DNA from: Methanothermobacter thermautotrophicus str. Delta H
GTDB taxonomy: Archaea; Methanobacteriota; Methanobacteria; Methanobacteriales; Methanothermobacteraceae
Direction: 5' to 3'
DNA: 32,000 nucleotides
Assembly (NCBI RefSeq): GCF_000008645.1
Contig: NC_000916.1
Span: forward strand, 1,320,001-1,352,000
Every line of letters begins with the position of its first letter. Position 1 is the first letter of the stretch. Shown in pieces: positions 7,693 to 16,411 of the stretch. The translations under genes were made by a program, and so were the position numbers. The notes beneath the pieces were generated by a model, which ran no database searches, was not told the DNA's origin, and was given only the letters and a program-made list of their open reading frames with translations.

Positions 7693-8277
7693 TTACAATT
7701 TGCCCTTCGTGCTTGGAATTTCCCCGTGTTCAACCCGGACAGCGTCCCGGATTGCAAGGGCAAGGGCCTTAAATAGAGCCTCGGCCTTGTGATGGTCGTT
7801 CCTTCCCCTCACGGAGGCGTGGATGTTCATGGCTGCAGATACCGCAAGGGACTCAATGAAGTGTCCTATGTTCTGTGATTTCACATCACCTATCACAGCA
7901 TCATCGAATTCCAGTTCAAGGACCGTATAGGGCCTTCCACTGAGGTCCAGGGCAACGGTTGCAAGGGCATCATCCATTGGGACCATGGCATGGGCCATCC
8001 TCCTTATACCGCTCTTATCACCCAGGGCCTCCCTCAGGGCCTCCCCCAGTGTGAGGGCAACATCCTCAACGGTATGATGGTCGTCAACCTCCAGGTCACC
8101 CCTCGCCTCAACCTCCAGGTCAAGGAGTCCATGGCGTGCAACTGATTCAAGCATGTGGTCAAGGAATCCGAGACCGGTGTTCACGCTTGATTTTCCACTC
8201 CCGTCGATTTCAAGATCCACCTTCACATGGGTTTCAAGGGTTTCCCTCGTCTTCATACTTCTTCTCATAGTTATCAT
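7693..8277 (-). CDS. hisB: Imidazoleglycerol-phosphate dehydratase
   Basis: 194-aa ORF: ..TRETLETHVKVDLEIDGSGKSSVNTGLGFLDHMLES..HGLLDLEV.ARGDLEVDDHHTVEDVALTLGEAL ... SGRPY ... HFIESLA ... NIHA.VRGRNDHHKAEALFKALA, all classic IGPD motifs. Alternative starts are at 8268 or 8256. The longest form overlaps the upstream ferredoxin gene by 44 nt. Confidence 0.93.
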   Translation of the reverse strand: MITMRRSMKTRETLETHVKVDLEIDGSGKSSVNTGLGFLDHMLESVARHGLLDLEVEARGDLEVDDHHTVEDVALTLGEALREALGDKSGIRRMAHAMVPMDDALATVALDLSGRPYTVLELEFDDAVIGDVKSQNIGHFIESLAVSAAMNIHASVRGRNDHHKAEALFKALALAIRDAVRVEHGEIPSTKGKL

Positions 8278-8485
8278 CCCTGATAATTCTTATGGCGCCC
8301 TCAGGACACTTACTTGCGCAGATCATGCACTGGTGGCAGAATTCAAGATTTGATGGGGTTGCAGGCTTCCCTCTCTGGATGGTCCATATCTTACCACCCT
8401 TGGGGCATGCCTCCCGGCACTCGCCACATGCTGTGCACTTATCTGGATCAACAATTATCTTCAAGTGAACCACTCCCATCTTCAT
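8234..8485 (-). CDS. 2x[4Fe-4S] ferredoxin-like protein
   Basis: 83 aa with two CxxCxxCxxxCP motifs (CTACGECREACP and CHQCMICASKCP). Confidence 0.85.
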   Translation of the reverse strand: MKMGVVHLKIIVDPDKCTACGECREACPKGGKIWTIQRGKPATPSNLEFCHQCMICASKCPEGAIRIIRDDNYEKKYEDEGNP

Positions 8486-8520
8486 GAAAGGTTAATGCGT
8501 TTTGAGATTATGTGAACACC

Positions 8521-9195
8521 TCATATCTTCAGGACGGTAACAGCAACTGCCTTAAAACCGGCGTAGATCATTGTGCCCAGTTTAAGCTGGAGGTTCCTCT
8601 GTGAAGCCGGTGTTATATGGGTTTCAATTTCAAGTCCATCACCGGCGTCCACTCTGACCCTTACGATGTCCCCCTTCATCTCAAGACCTGTCACCCTCCC
8701 CCTGATGATGTTCCTCATGCTTGTGACCTGCCTTTCCCTCATCAGGACAACATCGTCGGGTTCAACAAGGAGGATGACCCTGTCCCCGGCGGATACATCC
8801 TATGCACGGGCGGCATCAATGGTGAAACCCCCTACCACAACCCTGAGACCATCCGCTGAAACCTCCTTAACGACACCCTCAAGTTCATTCACAGTTCTCT
8901 GTCTTTCGAGGGCCCTCTTTAGTTTAAGGTACTCCTTGATGATCATCAGGCCTGTATCTGTGAGCCTGCTGCCTCCACCACCTCCCCTTCCACCACGCCG
9001 GGTCTCCACTATGTTCTCGCCAAGGATATCCTCGACGTTCCGTATGTATGCAAGGGCGCTTCTGTAGGGAATTCCAGCATCCCTTGCTGCAACTGTTATG
9101 GAGCCCATCCTGTGGATGAGGTTGAGGAGCTTGAACATTCTCTCATCAACCGGAACTTCAAGATCGTTGATAGGGATTCTACAGGCAAATCTCAT
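8521..9195 (-). pseudogene. ModE-like regulator (N-terminal ModE/LysR-type HTH plus two TOBE/Mop-like domains) interrupted by an in-frame TAG at 8802..8800; alternatively two separate CDS (8800..9195 and 8521..8742)
   Basis: One continuous frame of 225 codons. The N-terminus ..FKLLNLIHRMGSITVAARDAGIPYRSALAYIRNVEDILGENIVETRRGGRGGGGGSRLTDTG matches the ModE N-terminal domain. The frame then reads ..GFTIDAARA-TAG-DVSAGDRVILLVEPDDVVLMRERQVTSMRNIIRGRVTG..., and the TAG falls inside the first TOBE-like beta domain. Confidence 0.65.
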
Positions 9196-9239
9196 TGTAG
9201 AACCTATGGCGCCGGTTCTTTATATCTTTATGCCATCAA

Positions 9240-10795
9240 CTATCTCGCCCACCGGTCCATCAGATCAGCCATTCTTGCAACTGCACCACTGAGGGGCCCC
9301 ATCCTTGCACCTAACCTTCGAATGAGCCTCACATCCCTCTTCTCAACACCACCGACAAGGAGAATGCTCAGACCATAAACCAGGGGAGCGAAGATGATGG
9401 CTGCAAGGAGGCCTGGGATGTTCTGGGGGAGCAGAATCATGAAACCACCCATAACCCCGGATGCAGTGGCTATCCTGATGAACGCCATCCCTGGAAGCTT
9501 CACACCTGTTATCTGTGTGGTCTTCCACAGGATTATGATCATTATAATTAGGGCTGCAAGGGTTGTTGCAAGGGCCCCTCCCTCGATCCCGAGCATGGGT
9601 ACAAGGGCAACGTTGAGTACAAGGTTTATGATGGTCCCACCCACCAGGACATACATGGGGAGGCGGGGGTACCCTATCCCCTGGGCTATGCTTGATGATA
9701 TCATGAAGAGGGTGTAGAAGCTCATACCCACCACGAGTATGCTGAGGGCCCCAGCCCCAAAGATGAAGTCCCTCCCAAAGAGGAGTTCAAGGAGGGGCCC
9801 TGAGAACACGGCTATACCCACACACATTGGCAGCACAAGGAGGGTCACGACCCGGTATGACTGGACAATGTAGGTCTCAAGGAGATTCTGATCCTTCAGG
9901 GCGAATGCTTCAGAGGCTGCTGGAAGTACAGCCGTGGCTACAGACATTGATATCACAAGAGGGAGCCTTGCAACAGGATCGGCGGCGGTGTAGTACCCCA
10001 CCGAGGTTGTTGCCATGAAGTATCCTATTACGAATACGCTTATGTCGTATATGGCCATCTCAGAGAGGGCGGTTATTATGACCGGGATCGAGAAGGATAT
10101 CAGGGTCTTGACAAGTCCAAGTTCCTCCCTGAGGCCCAGTCTCTTTTCGGGTGGGGCGGGCGGAAAGTAACTGTTTATCAGTCTGCGAAAGATGATTATG
10201 GCTGAGATGGCTGATGCAAGGAACCCCATGGAGGTGCCAATGACCGCCCCGGCTGCATAGAAACCTGCCATGACGAATACAACAGCCATTGTTATCATGA
10301 AAACCTGCTCAACAGCCCTTGTAATCACGACGTATTCCATGCGGTATATGCCCTGAAATGCTCCACGGAATGCCCCAACAATGACACTGAATGGTGTTAT
10401 GAGGGCAACCGCCTGGAGGGGGTACTGGGCCGCTGGTTTGTGGAAGAAATCATTTGCAAGCCAGGGGCAGTGAAAAACATGACCAGGGAAAAGGCTATAC
10501 CCAGGAATATCATCACCTTTAGGGATGTCACAACGACCTGGCGCGCCATCTCCTCCTCATTCAGAGCCCTATGCTGGGCCACGTACTTTGCAATGGCTGG
10601 AGGAAGGCCCCCCGCTGCCAGTATCTGGAATATTCCCTGGAAGGGGAGTGTGAGTCCAAGCAAACCGTAGCCCTCGGGTCCAAGCAGACGCGTCATGAGC
10701 ACCCTGTAGATGTAGCCCCCGACCCTGAACAGGAGGTTGCCTATCATTATAAGGAAACTGCCCTTTAGAAGTTTGGATGTGCCTGAAGATGCCAT
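9240..10795 (-). pseudogene. MOP-superfamily oligosaccharide/polysaccharide flippase (Wzx/MurJ-like 'polysaccharide biosynthesis protein'), frame broken by a 1-nt frameshift near 10464-10478
   Basis: Track ORFs 10397..10795 and 9240..10340 join when one base is added. ..SLVMFFTAP then continues in the other frame as WLANDFFHKPAAQYPLQAVALITPFSVIVGAFRGAFQGIYRMEYVVITRAVEQ..., giving about 518 aa and about 14 TM helices. The N-terminus KGSFLIMIGNLLFRVGGYIYRVLMTRLLGPEGYGLLGL is typical of this family. Confidence 0.75.
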
Positions 10796-10825
10796 TGAAT
10801 CACCAGAAATAAAGAGTTGACGGAT

Positions 10826-11437
10826 TTAAATAAATTCCGAATAAAAAAGAATTTCAGGGTCCTTCAGAGTCCAGGAACCTTTTAAACATGCCCAGGGTCT
10901 TTTTGAGGGTTTTGAATCCATATGAGTCCTCTTTAACACCTCAAGGGTGTCCCTTGACCAGAAACAGGCCCCCAGATTTGCACCGAAGGAACCTCCACTT
11001 ACGGGTATGACGCCGTTGAGTATGTAGAAGGTGTGGATCTGCATGAGGGCTGGCTCCTGCCCCCCGCATCTATCACCACCAACAGCTATACCCATACCAA
11101 CCTTCCCGCGGAGGGAGTCATAGTCTTCAGCACCCAGTGCCCGGCAACGATCCATGATGGCCTTTATCTGGGCGCTGACACCTCCATTGTACACGGGGGT
11201 TGCAATTATGATCCCGGCGGCCCTCCGGAGTAGTTCATATAGGGGGAACATGTCATCCTTCAGCACACATTCCTTATTCCTCAGGCAGTAATCACAGTGT
11301 CTGCAGGGGGAGATGTTCTTACCCCTCACCGTGAAGAACTCTGTCTCAAGGCCATCATCCTCAAGCATTGAGAGGGCCCTTTCAAGGACATGTTCTGTTG
11401 CCTGCTTCCTGGGGCTTCCACATATACCGAGTATCAT
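10826..11437 (-). CDS. Iron-sulfur flavoprotein (NADPH-dependent FMN reductase fold, ISF family); the C-terminus appears frameshifted, with corrected stop at 10854
   Basis: MILGICGSPRK..; compact Cys motif CRHCDYCLRNKEC, as in Methanosarcina Isf; ATPVYNGGVSAQ. After ..FWSRDTLE the listed frame gives an implausible tail. The adjacent frame gives GVKEDSYGFKTLKKTLGMFKRFLDSEGP-stop (one base missing at GAGGTG, about 10939-10940), for 194 aa. Confidence 0.8.
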   Translation of the reverse strand: MILGICGSPRKQATEHVLERALSMLEDDGLETEFFTVRGKNISPCRHCDYCLRNKECVLKDDMFPLYELLRRAAGIIIATPVYNGGVSAQIKAIMDRCRALGAEDYDSLRGKVGMGIAVGGDRCGGQEPALMQIHTFYILNGVIPVSGGSFGANLGACFWSRDTLEVLKRTHMDSKPSKRPWACLKGSWTLKDPEILFYSEFI

Positions 11438-11453
11438 GCAACCCCCTCCAGTT

Positions 11454-12674
11454 CTAGATTGCTTCGTCCTCGTCGAGGGGCAGTCTCATGGTGTCGGGGT
11501 CCTGGGGCATGTGCTCAAGGAAGTCCTCTGCAGCCCTCCTGACGTCCCTTGATCCTATTATGTACCTGCCAACGACTATTATGTCTGCGCCGCTGTCAAG
11601 GGCCTCCTGCATCTTTGAGGGTGTTATTCCCCCTGCCACTGCCACAAGGCCCCTGGGTCCAAGGATCTCCTTTATCTCCCTGATGTTACCCCATTCACTC
11701 ATTTCACCAAGTTCCTCTCCACGTTCAGCTCTGAGGGTTTCAAGGTCAACGTTTCTGTGGAGGAGAACAATGTCGGGTTTGTATTTGAGTCCCCTGAGTT
11801 TATCGACGAAGTTTTCAACGTTCATCATGTCAAGTATGGAGTAGATTCCCTGTTTCTGGGCCTCGTGGATGGCCTTTTCAATGGACTCAACTGTCCCGAG
11901 GCCTGATATTGCAACGGCGTCCGCAGTTTCATCTGCAGCCATTTTGACCTCTATCCTTCCAACATCCAGGGTTTTGAGGTCCGCTATTATGAAGGCATCC
12001 CTTCTAAGCTCCCTTATCCTCCTGACAACACCCACACCGAATTTCTTGACAAGGGGTGTTCCAGCTTCAAGCAGTATACGCTCCCTGTCAGGAAGGGTGT
12101 TGATGATCCTCTCCATCTCCTCCATGCTATCGAGGTCAAGGGCAACCTGCAGGTATGGGGGGTTCCAGAGCCTCACGGCCCTGAAGCCCATTATGGGATG
12201 GCTTCCGCGGTCCTTTTCACTGAGGACCTTTCTGACTGATGGGTAGCCCTCCATGGCCCTTCTGAGGGCAAGCTTGGTTGCTCCGTAGTTGTACTGGTAT
12301 ATCTTCCTGTAGTCCTCTGCCTCAGGGTGTATGAATACGCTGACTATAACAACCAGGTCTTCAGCCTTTTCCTCGGGGATTATGCCCTCCTCAACGGAAT
12401 CAGCAACTGCACGTGCCACTGCTGTCTGGGCAGGACCAAATACCTTATCGGCATCCTCAAGGCAGCTCACCGTGACCTTTGGCACGATGAGTGTGGCGGG
12501 CTTGGTCATGAGGTTGGGTCTTACGACTGATAGAAGTGGGGTGTGACCCAGTGAAAGGTTTGTGAGACCATTTGCGAAGGCGGCCCCTGCGTTTCCCTCC
12601 TTATCCCCTATGATGAGATCTATATGCGCGACTTCGTTGCCGCTTCCTATGAGTGCTTCACCTATTCTGTACAT
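11454..12674 (-). CDS. fae-hps: Bifunctional formaldehyde-activating enzyme / 3-hexulose-6-phosphate synthase
   Basis: The track ORF extends to 12746, but AGGAGGA sits 5 nt before ATG 12674. The product starts [37 protein letters not shown] (Fae), followed by [28 protein letters not shown] (orotidine-5-P decarboxylase-type HPS). Confidence 0.92.
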
Positions 12675-12761
12675 TAAAATCCTCCTATGTGGTCTGGTTT
12701 CCTGCTGGTTCTTCAGGTTCAGATGTTTCTGTGCTGTTTTCAGCACTGCTTGTGTTTGTTT

Positions 12762-12971
12762 TTATCTTCTTGGTGGTGGTTTTTGTGTTTGTCGGTGCTG
12801 ACCGGTGCCGGGGAATTCATTTGCAAAACTCATATCTGTTGTTGCATTATCTGACCAATCCAGCTGGGTTACATTCTGGTCCTGGGCCCCCAGGTACAGG
12901 GCAACATTGAAACCAACCATCAGTGATATGATGAGAACCATGGCACCGATAACTATGTTCCTGTAGTCCAT
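12762..12971 (-). CDS. Small single-pass membrane protein, unknown function
   Basis: GGTGAT SD 3 nt before ATG 12971. Product MDYRNIVIGAMVLIISLMVGFNVALYLGAQ... (one TM helix) with a polar tail. Directly upstream of fae-hps on the same strand. TATA-like TTTATATC at 12992-12999 (minus). The C-terminal frame is uncertain given the frameshift-prone sequence. Confidence 0.45.
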   Translation of the reverse strand: MDYRNIVIGAMVLIISLMVGFNVALYLGAQDQNVTQLDWSDNATTDMSFANEFPGTGQHRQTQKPPPRR

Positions 12972-13074
12972 CAGATCACCTTGATGAGATTGATATAAAT
13001 TAATTTTAGTGTAGGTGATGATGGTATTTATATCTATTGAAGCGGCCATCACCGTTTCTGGATGGCTCCGGGAG

Positions 13075-13081
13075 AAAAAAA
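13075..13081 (-). terminator. T7 run (minus strand) 28 nt after the trpB2 stop
   Basis: Plus-strand A7 at 13075-13081 reads GATTTTTTTCTCC on the minus strand. Confidence 0.45.
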
Positions 13082-13108
13082 TCAGTAGGGGTGAGGTGGT
13101 GGAGGGGT

Positions 13109-14398
13109 TTAGATTTTACCCTCCAGGTAGTCACCGTATCCCTTAAGGTCGAGGAGGCCATGGCCTGAGAAACTGATAACTATGGTCTTCTCTTCACCGG
13201 TTTCCCGGCACTTGCGTGCTTCATCGATTGCCACACTTATGGCATGGCATGTTTCCGGGGCCGGCACAACACCCTCTGCCTTTGCAAACTTGACGCCGCT
13301 CTCGAATATGGTGTGCTGGGGAACGGCCCTGGCATTGATCACACCCTCCCTCACGAGGAGTGCGACCTGGGGTGACATTCCATGGTACCTGAGGCCACCG
13401 GCATGGACGGATGGGGGTACAAAGTCGTGGCCGAGGGTGTACATCTTGAGGAGCGGGGTCATGCCTGCAGTGTCACCGAAGTCGTAGCGGTACTCTCCGG
13501 CTGTGAGTGTTGGGCATGACTTTGGCTCTGCAGCAATGAATTCACAGTCCAGCTTACCATCAAGCTTGTCCTTCACGAAGGGGAAGATGGCCCCCCCGAA
13601 GTTGCTGCCCCCTCCAACGCACCCTATCATGATGTCTGGTGTTTCACCTGCGATTTCAAGCTGTTTCTTTGTCTCAAGACCTATTACGGTCTGGTGAAGG
13701 AGCACATGGTTAAGTACACTTCCAAGGGAGTAGTAGACGTTTTCTTCCTGGAGAGCCTCCTCCATGGCCTCAGATATGGCTATACCCAGGGATCCGGGAT
13801 GTTCGGGGTCCTCCTTGAGCATCCTGCGACCAAATTCTGTGTGATTGCTTGGGGATGGTACAACCTCACCACCGTATAGCTGCATTATGGTTTTTCTGAA
13901 GGGTTTCTGGTTGAAGGATACTCTGACCATGTAGACCTTGCACTGGAGGTCCATCAGTGAGCAGGCAAGGGAGAGGGCTGTTCCCCACTGCCCTGCACCG
14001 GTCTCTGTTGTTAATCTCTCTGCACCATCCTTCCGGGCATAGTATGCCTGGGCTATGGCGGTGTTCAGTTTATGGCTCCCTGTGGGGGAATAGTCTTCCC
14101 TCTTGTAGTATATCCTTGCCGGAGTGTCCAGCATCTCCTCAAGGCCCTTTGCCCTGAATAGTGGTGTGGGCCTTCCAATCATCTTATAGACGTCCATGAC
14201 CTCCCTGGGAATCTTTATCCATCTCTCCATGGACATCTCCTGCTCAAGCACTCCCCTTGAGAATACCCTTGGCAGGTTTTCAATGTTCTTCCCACCCTCA
14301 GGGTTTTTTGGTTCTGGTAGTGGTGAGGGAAGGTCCGGGTTAATGTTGTACCACTTCTTTGGTATTTCATTTTCATCAAGAACGATCTTATTCATCAT
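13109..14398 (-). CDS. trpB2: Tryptophan synthase beta chain-like protein, TrpB2 type
   Basis: 429 aa with the N-terminal extension typical of TrpB2 ([18 protein letters not shown]). PLP lysine motif [14 protein letters not shown], plus GAGQWG and [21 protein letters not shown] precedes the tandem ATG ATG. TGTACA boxes lie upstream. Confidence 0.92.
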   Translation of the reverse strand: MMNKIVLDENEIPKKWYNINPDLPSPLPEPKNPEGGKNIENLPRVFSRGVLEQEMSMERWIKIPREVMDVYKMIGRPTPLFRAKGLEEMLDTPARIYYKREDYSPTGSHKLNTAIAQAYYARKDGAERLTTETGAGQWGTALSLACSLMDLQCKVYMVRVSFNQKPFRKTIMQLYGGEVVPSPSNHTEFGRRMLKEDPEHPGSLGIAISEAMEEALQEENVYYSLGSVLNHVLLHQTVIGLETKKQLEIAGETPDIMIGCVGGGSNFGGAIFPFVKDKLDGKLDCEFIAAEPKSCPTLTAGEYRYDFGDTAGMTPLLKMYTLGHDFVPPSVHAGGLRYHGMSPQVALLVREGVINARAVPQHTIFESGVKFAKAEGVVPAPETCHAISVAIDEARKCRETGEEKTIVISFSGHGLLDLKGYGDYLEGKI

Positions 14399-14486
14399 AT
14401 CACCTCATGGCTGGAACTGGTCCCTACTGATGAAATCATCATTTCCATGCAGTAAGATATCTTTAAAGAACTATTTAAAACTTTAC

Positions 14487-14502
14487 TGTACATATATGTA
14501 CA
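14487..14502. promoter_or_regulatory. Two TGTACA boxes (TrpY-type TRP boxes) forming the perfect 16-bp palindrome TGTACATATATGTACA, abutting a BRE/TATA-like AAAGTTTTAAATAG for trpB2
   Basis: The palindrome is read directly. On the minus strand it is immediately followed by GTAAAGTTTTAAATAG (plus 14471-14486), about 75-90 nt upstream of the trpB2 ATG. As I recall the literature, TGTACA is the TRP-box consensus bound by TrpY in Methanothermobacter, and trpB2 is a TrpY target. Confidence 0.7.
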
Positions 14503-14525
14503 TCAAAGGGAATGGTTAATAAACA

Positions 14526-15470
14526 GTGATGAGATATGTTTCCCACATGAAAATACTTGCAGTTGATGTGGGGGCCGGAACCCAGGATATAATGTACCAT
14601 GACACGGGGATCGACAGGATAGAGAACTCCCTGAAGATGGTAATGCCCTCACCAACAAGGATAATTGCAGGGAGAATCCGGGGGATCAGTGGCGATGTCT
14701 TTATCAGTGGACAGACAATGGGCGGGGGCCCGGTTACACGTGCAATACTTGAACACATCGGAGCCGGAAACCGGGTGGTCATGACACCTGAAGCAGCCAG
14801 GACAGTCAGGGATGATCCTGAAAGGGTCATGGCCATGGGAATAGAGATATCAGAGGAAAACCCGGGACTTCAGAGCATTGAATTCAGGGACGTAGACCTT
14901 GAGGCCATAAGAGGGGCACTTGCATGCTTTGACGTTGATCTGGACTTTGATTTGCTGGGTGTTGCTGTACAGGACCACGGGGCCGGGGGTGATATGGGTG
15001 ATAGGAACTTCAGATTCATGAAGATCAGGGAGAAATTATCCGTACCCATCCCCCCGGAGGAGTTCTCCTACCTGGGAGACGTCCCTGAGTACTTCACAAG
15101 GATGAAGTCCATTGAGAAGGCCATCAGACACCCCACCCTCATCATGGATTCAAAGTTCGCCTCAGTGACCGGGGCACTCATGGATCCTGCAGTCAGTTCA
15201 GATGAGCCGATTGTCGTGGTGGACGTGGGAAATGGACACACCCTGGCAGCCAGCATCCTTGAAGGGAGGATACATGGTGTCATGGAGCACCACACCCGCA
15301 TGCTCTCACCGGCTAAACTCGAGGACTTCATTATAAGGCTCTGCCTGGGTGAGCTGACCCACGGTGAAATCCATGGAGATGGCGGTCACGGTGCCCATGT
15401 CATTGATGCTGTTGGCGAACCGGTCAAGGTGGTTGCAACCGGTCCCAGAGGGGCATACTTGACGGTATAG
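14526..15470 (+). CDS. DUF1786-type ASKHA (actin/Hsp70-fold) protein, sometimes annotated pyruvate formate-lyase activase-related; C-terminus frameshifted, corrected stop at 15562
   Basis: KILAVDVGAGTQDI is the phosphate-1 motif of the ASKHA fold; VVVDVGNGHT is a second motif. The true start is probably ATG 14547. The listed frame ends ..ATGPRGAYLTV-stop. With one extra G in the G4 run 15450-15453 it reads ..GPRGGILDGIDLDVHHAAPAGDVMMTGPVGLIRSIEYRVS-stop. Confidence 0.7.
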   Translation: MMRYVSHMKILAVDVGAGTQDIMYHDTGIDRIENSLKMVMPSPTRIIAGRIRGISGDVFISGQTMGGGPVTRAILEHIGAGNRVVMTPEAARTVRDDPERVMAMGIEISEENPGLQSIEFRDVDLEAIRGALACFDVDLDFDLLGVAVQDHGAGGDMGDRNFRFMKIREKLSVPIPPEEFSYLGDVPEYFTRMKSIEKAIRHPTLIMDSKFASVTGALMDPAVSSDEPIVVVDVGNGHTLAASILEGRIHGVMEHHTRMLSPAKLEDFIIRLCLGELTHGEIHGDGGHGAHVIDAVGEPVKVVATGPRGAYLTV

Positions 15471-15605
15471 ACCTTGATGTCCACCATGCAGCACCGGCGG
15501 GGGATGTTATGATGACAGGACCCGTGGGTCTCATAAGGAGTATTGAGTATAGGGTGAGTTGATGTTTGTGTTGTTTTGCTGGAGTATTGAGTACAGGGTG
15601 ATGGG

Positions 15606-16267
15606 ATGATCAGGATAGACCCCCACATACACAGCGTATATTCTGGTGATGCGAGGGGAACCCCCAGGGAGATCCTCAGGAGGGCCTCAGCCGTGGGTCT
15701 TGATGCGGTGGCAGTTGCAGACCACAACACAATGAAGGGATCAATAATCGCCCTCAAGGAGTCCCGGGGAATGGGCATAACCGTGGTACCCGCAATGGAG
15801 CTCAGCACATCTGCTGGACATATCGTTGCCCTTGGCATCCAGGAGGAGATCTCGAGGGGACTCACTCCGGTCGAGACCCTGGATGAGATACATGACCAGG
15901 ATGGAGTCGCCATAATACCCCACCCCTTTGTGAGGTACCGGCAGGGACTCTTTGTGAATGAGCGTAACATCCGTGTTGACGGCATCGAGACCCTAACTCC
16001 AGGTACATCGTGGGCTACTCGAACTGGAGGGCCCGGAAGTTTGCAAGGAAAAGAGGCATACCAGAGATAGGTGCAAGTGACGCCCACTTTCTGGAGGCCG
16101 TTGGAAGCTCCTTCACCCTGGTTGACTCTGAGGGCGAGGCTGATGATATAGTCAGGGCTATCCTTAAGGGAAAAACAGAGCCAGCAGGAAGCAGGACACC
16201 ACTCCCACTCATTGTGAGGGAGGTCATAAACAAGAAATTACTTGGAAGGATGAGGGATTATGTCTGA
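15606..16267 (+). pseudogene. PHP-domain metal-dependent phosphoesterase, frame broken by a 1-nt frameshift near 15991-15997
   Basis: MIRIDPHIHSVYSGDA..LDAVAVADHNT..AMELS..GHIVALG..IIPHP..VDGIETL, then the second track ORF (16010..16267) continues NSRYIVGYSNWRARKFARKRGIPEIGASDAH. Adding one A in CTAACT restores a 220-aa PHP protein with all His/Asp motifs. GGTGATGGG SD precedes ATG 15606. Confidence 0.75.
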
Positions 16268-16411
16268 TCCTGATAACTCTAATTGGGCAGCACACCTCAT
16301 ATTTGACCCTCCCAGTGGAATCTATTCTTCAATAGCGTATGCGGGCATGGCACGGTCATCAGATGCATTGCAGCCCTCGACAGACATACCTCCTCAACAT
16401 GGGGGAGTGAC

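Noticed and set aside
7580-7792. Plus-strand 70-aa ORF 7580..7792
   Set aside because: It starts inside an A7 run with no SD, and it overlaps 100 nt of the hisB 3' end antisense. Its translation (MKKRGLRLRGEV...) has no recognisable features.
8800-8802. In-frame TAG codons (here and at 28769-28771) as pyrrolysine or another recoding event
   Set aside because: TAG is used as the ordinary stop of several intact genes in this window: the CbiA-family gene at 2702-2704, mtd at 6427-6429 and the leuA-like gene at 18861-18863. No pyl genes or PYLIS-like context are visible, and Methanobacteriales are not known to encode pyrrolysine. A nonsense mutation or base-call error is the simpler reading.
8573-9067. 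Long antisense ORFs in the track (e.g. 8573..9067, 4434..4970, 15386..16087, 18357..18902, 18410..18844, 20855..21328, 23853..24344, 11488..11844, 11869..12246)
   Set aside because: Each lies fully opposite a gene with clear family signatures. Each has low-complexity S/P/R/L-rich translations and no SD. These are shadow frames typical of moderately GC-rich coding DNA.
6556-16267. Programmed ribosomal frameshifting as the explanation for the five split genes
   Set aside because: None of the sites shows a slippery heptamer with a downstream stimulatory structure. The genes are unrelated. All shifts are repaired by adding one base at a short homopolymer, which fits sequence error or random decay rather than a shared recoding mechanism.
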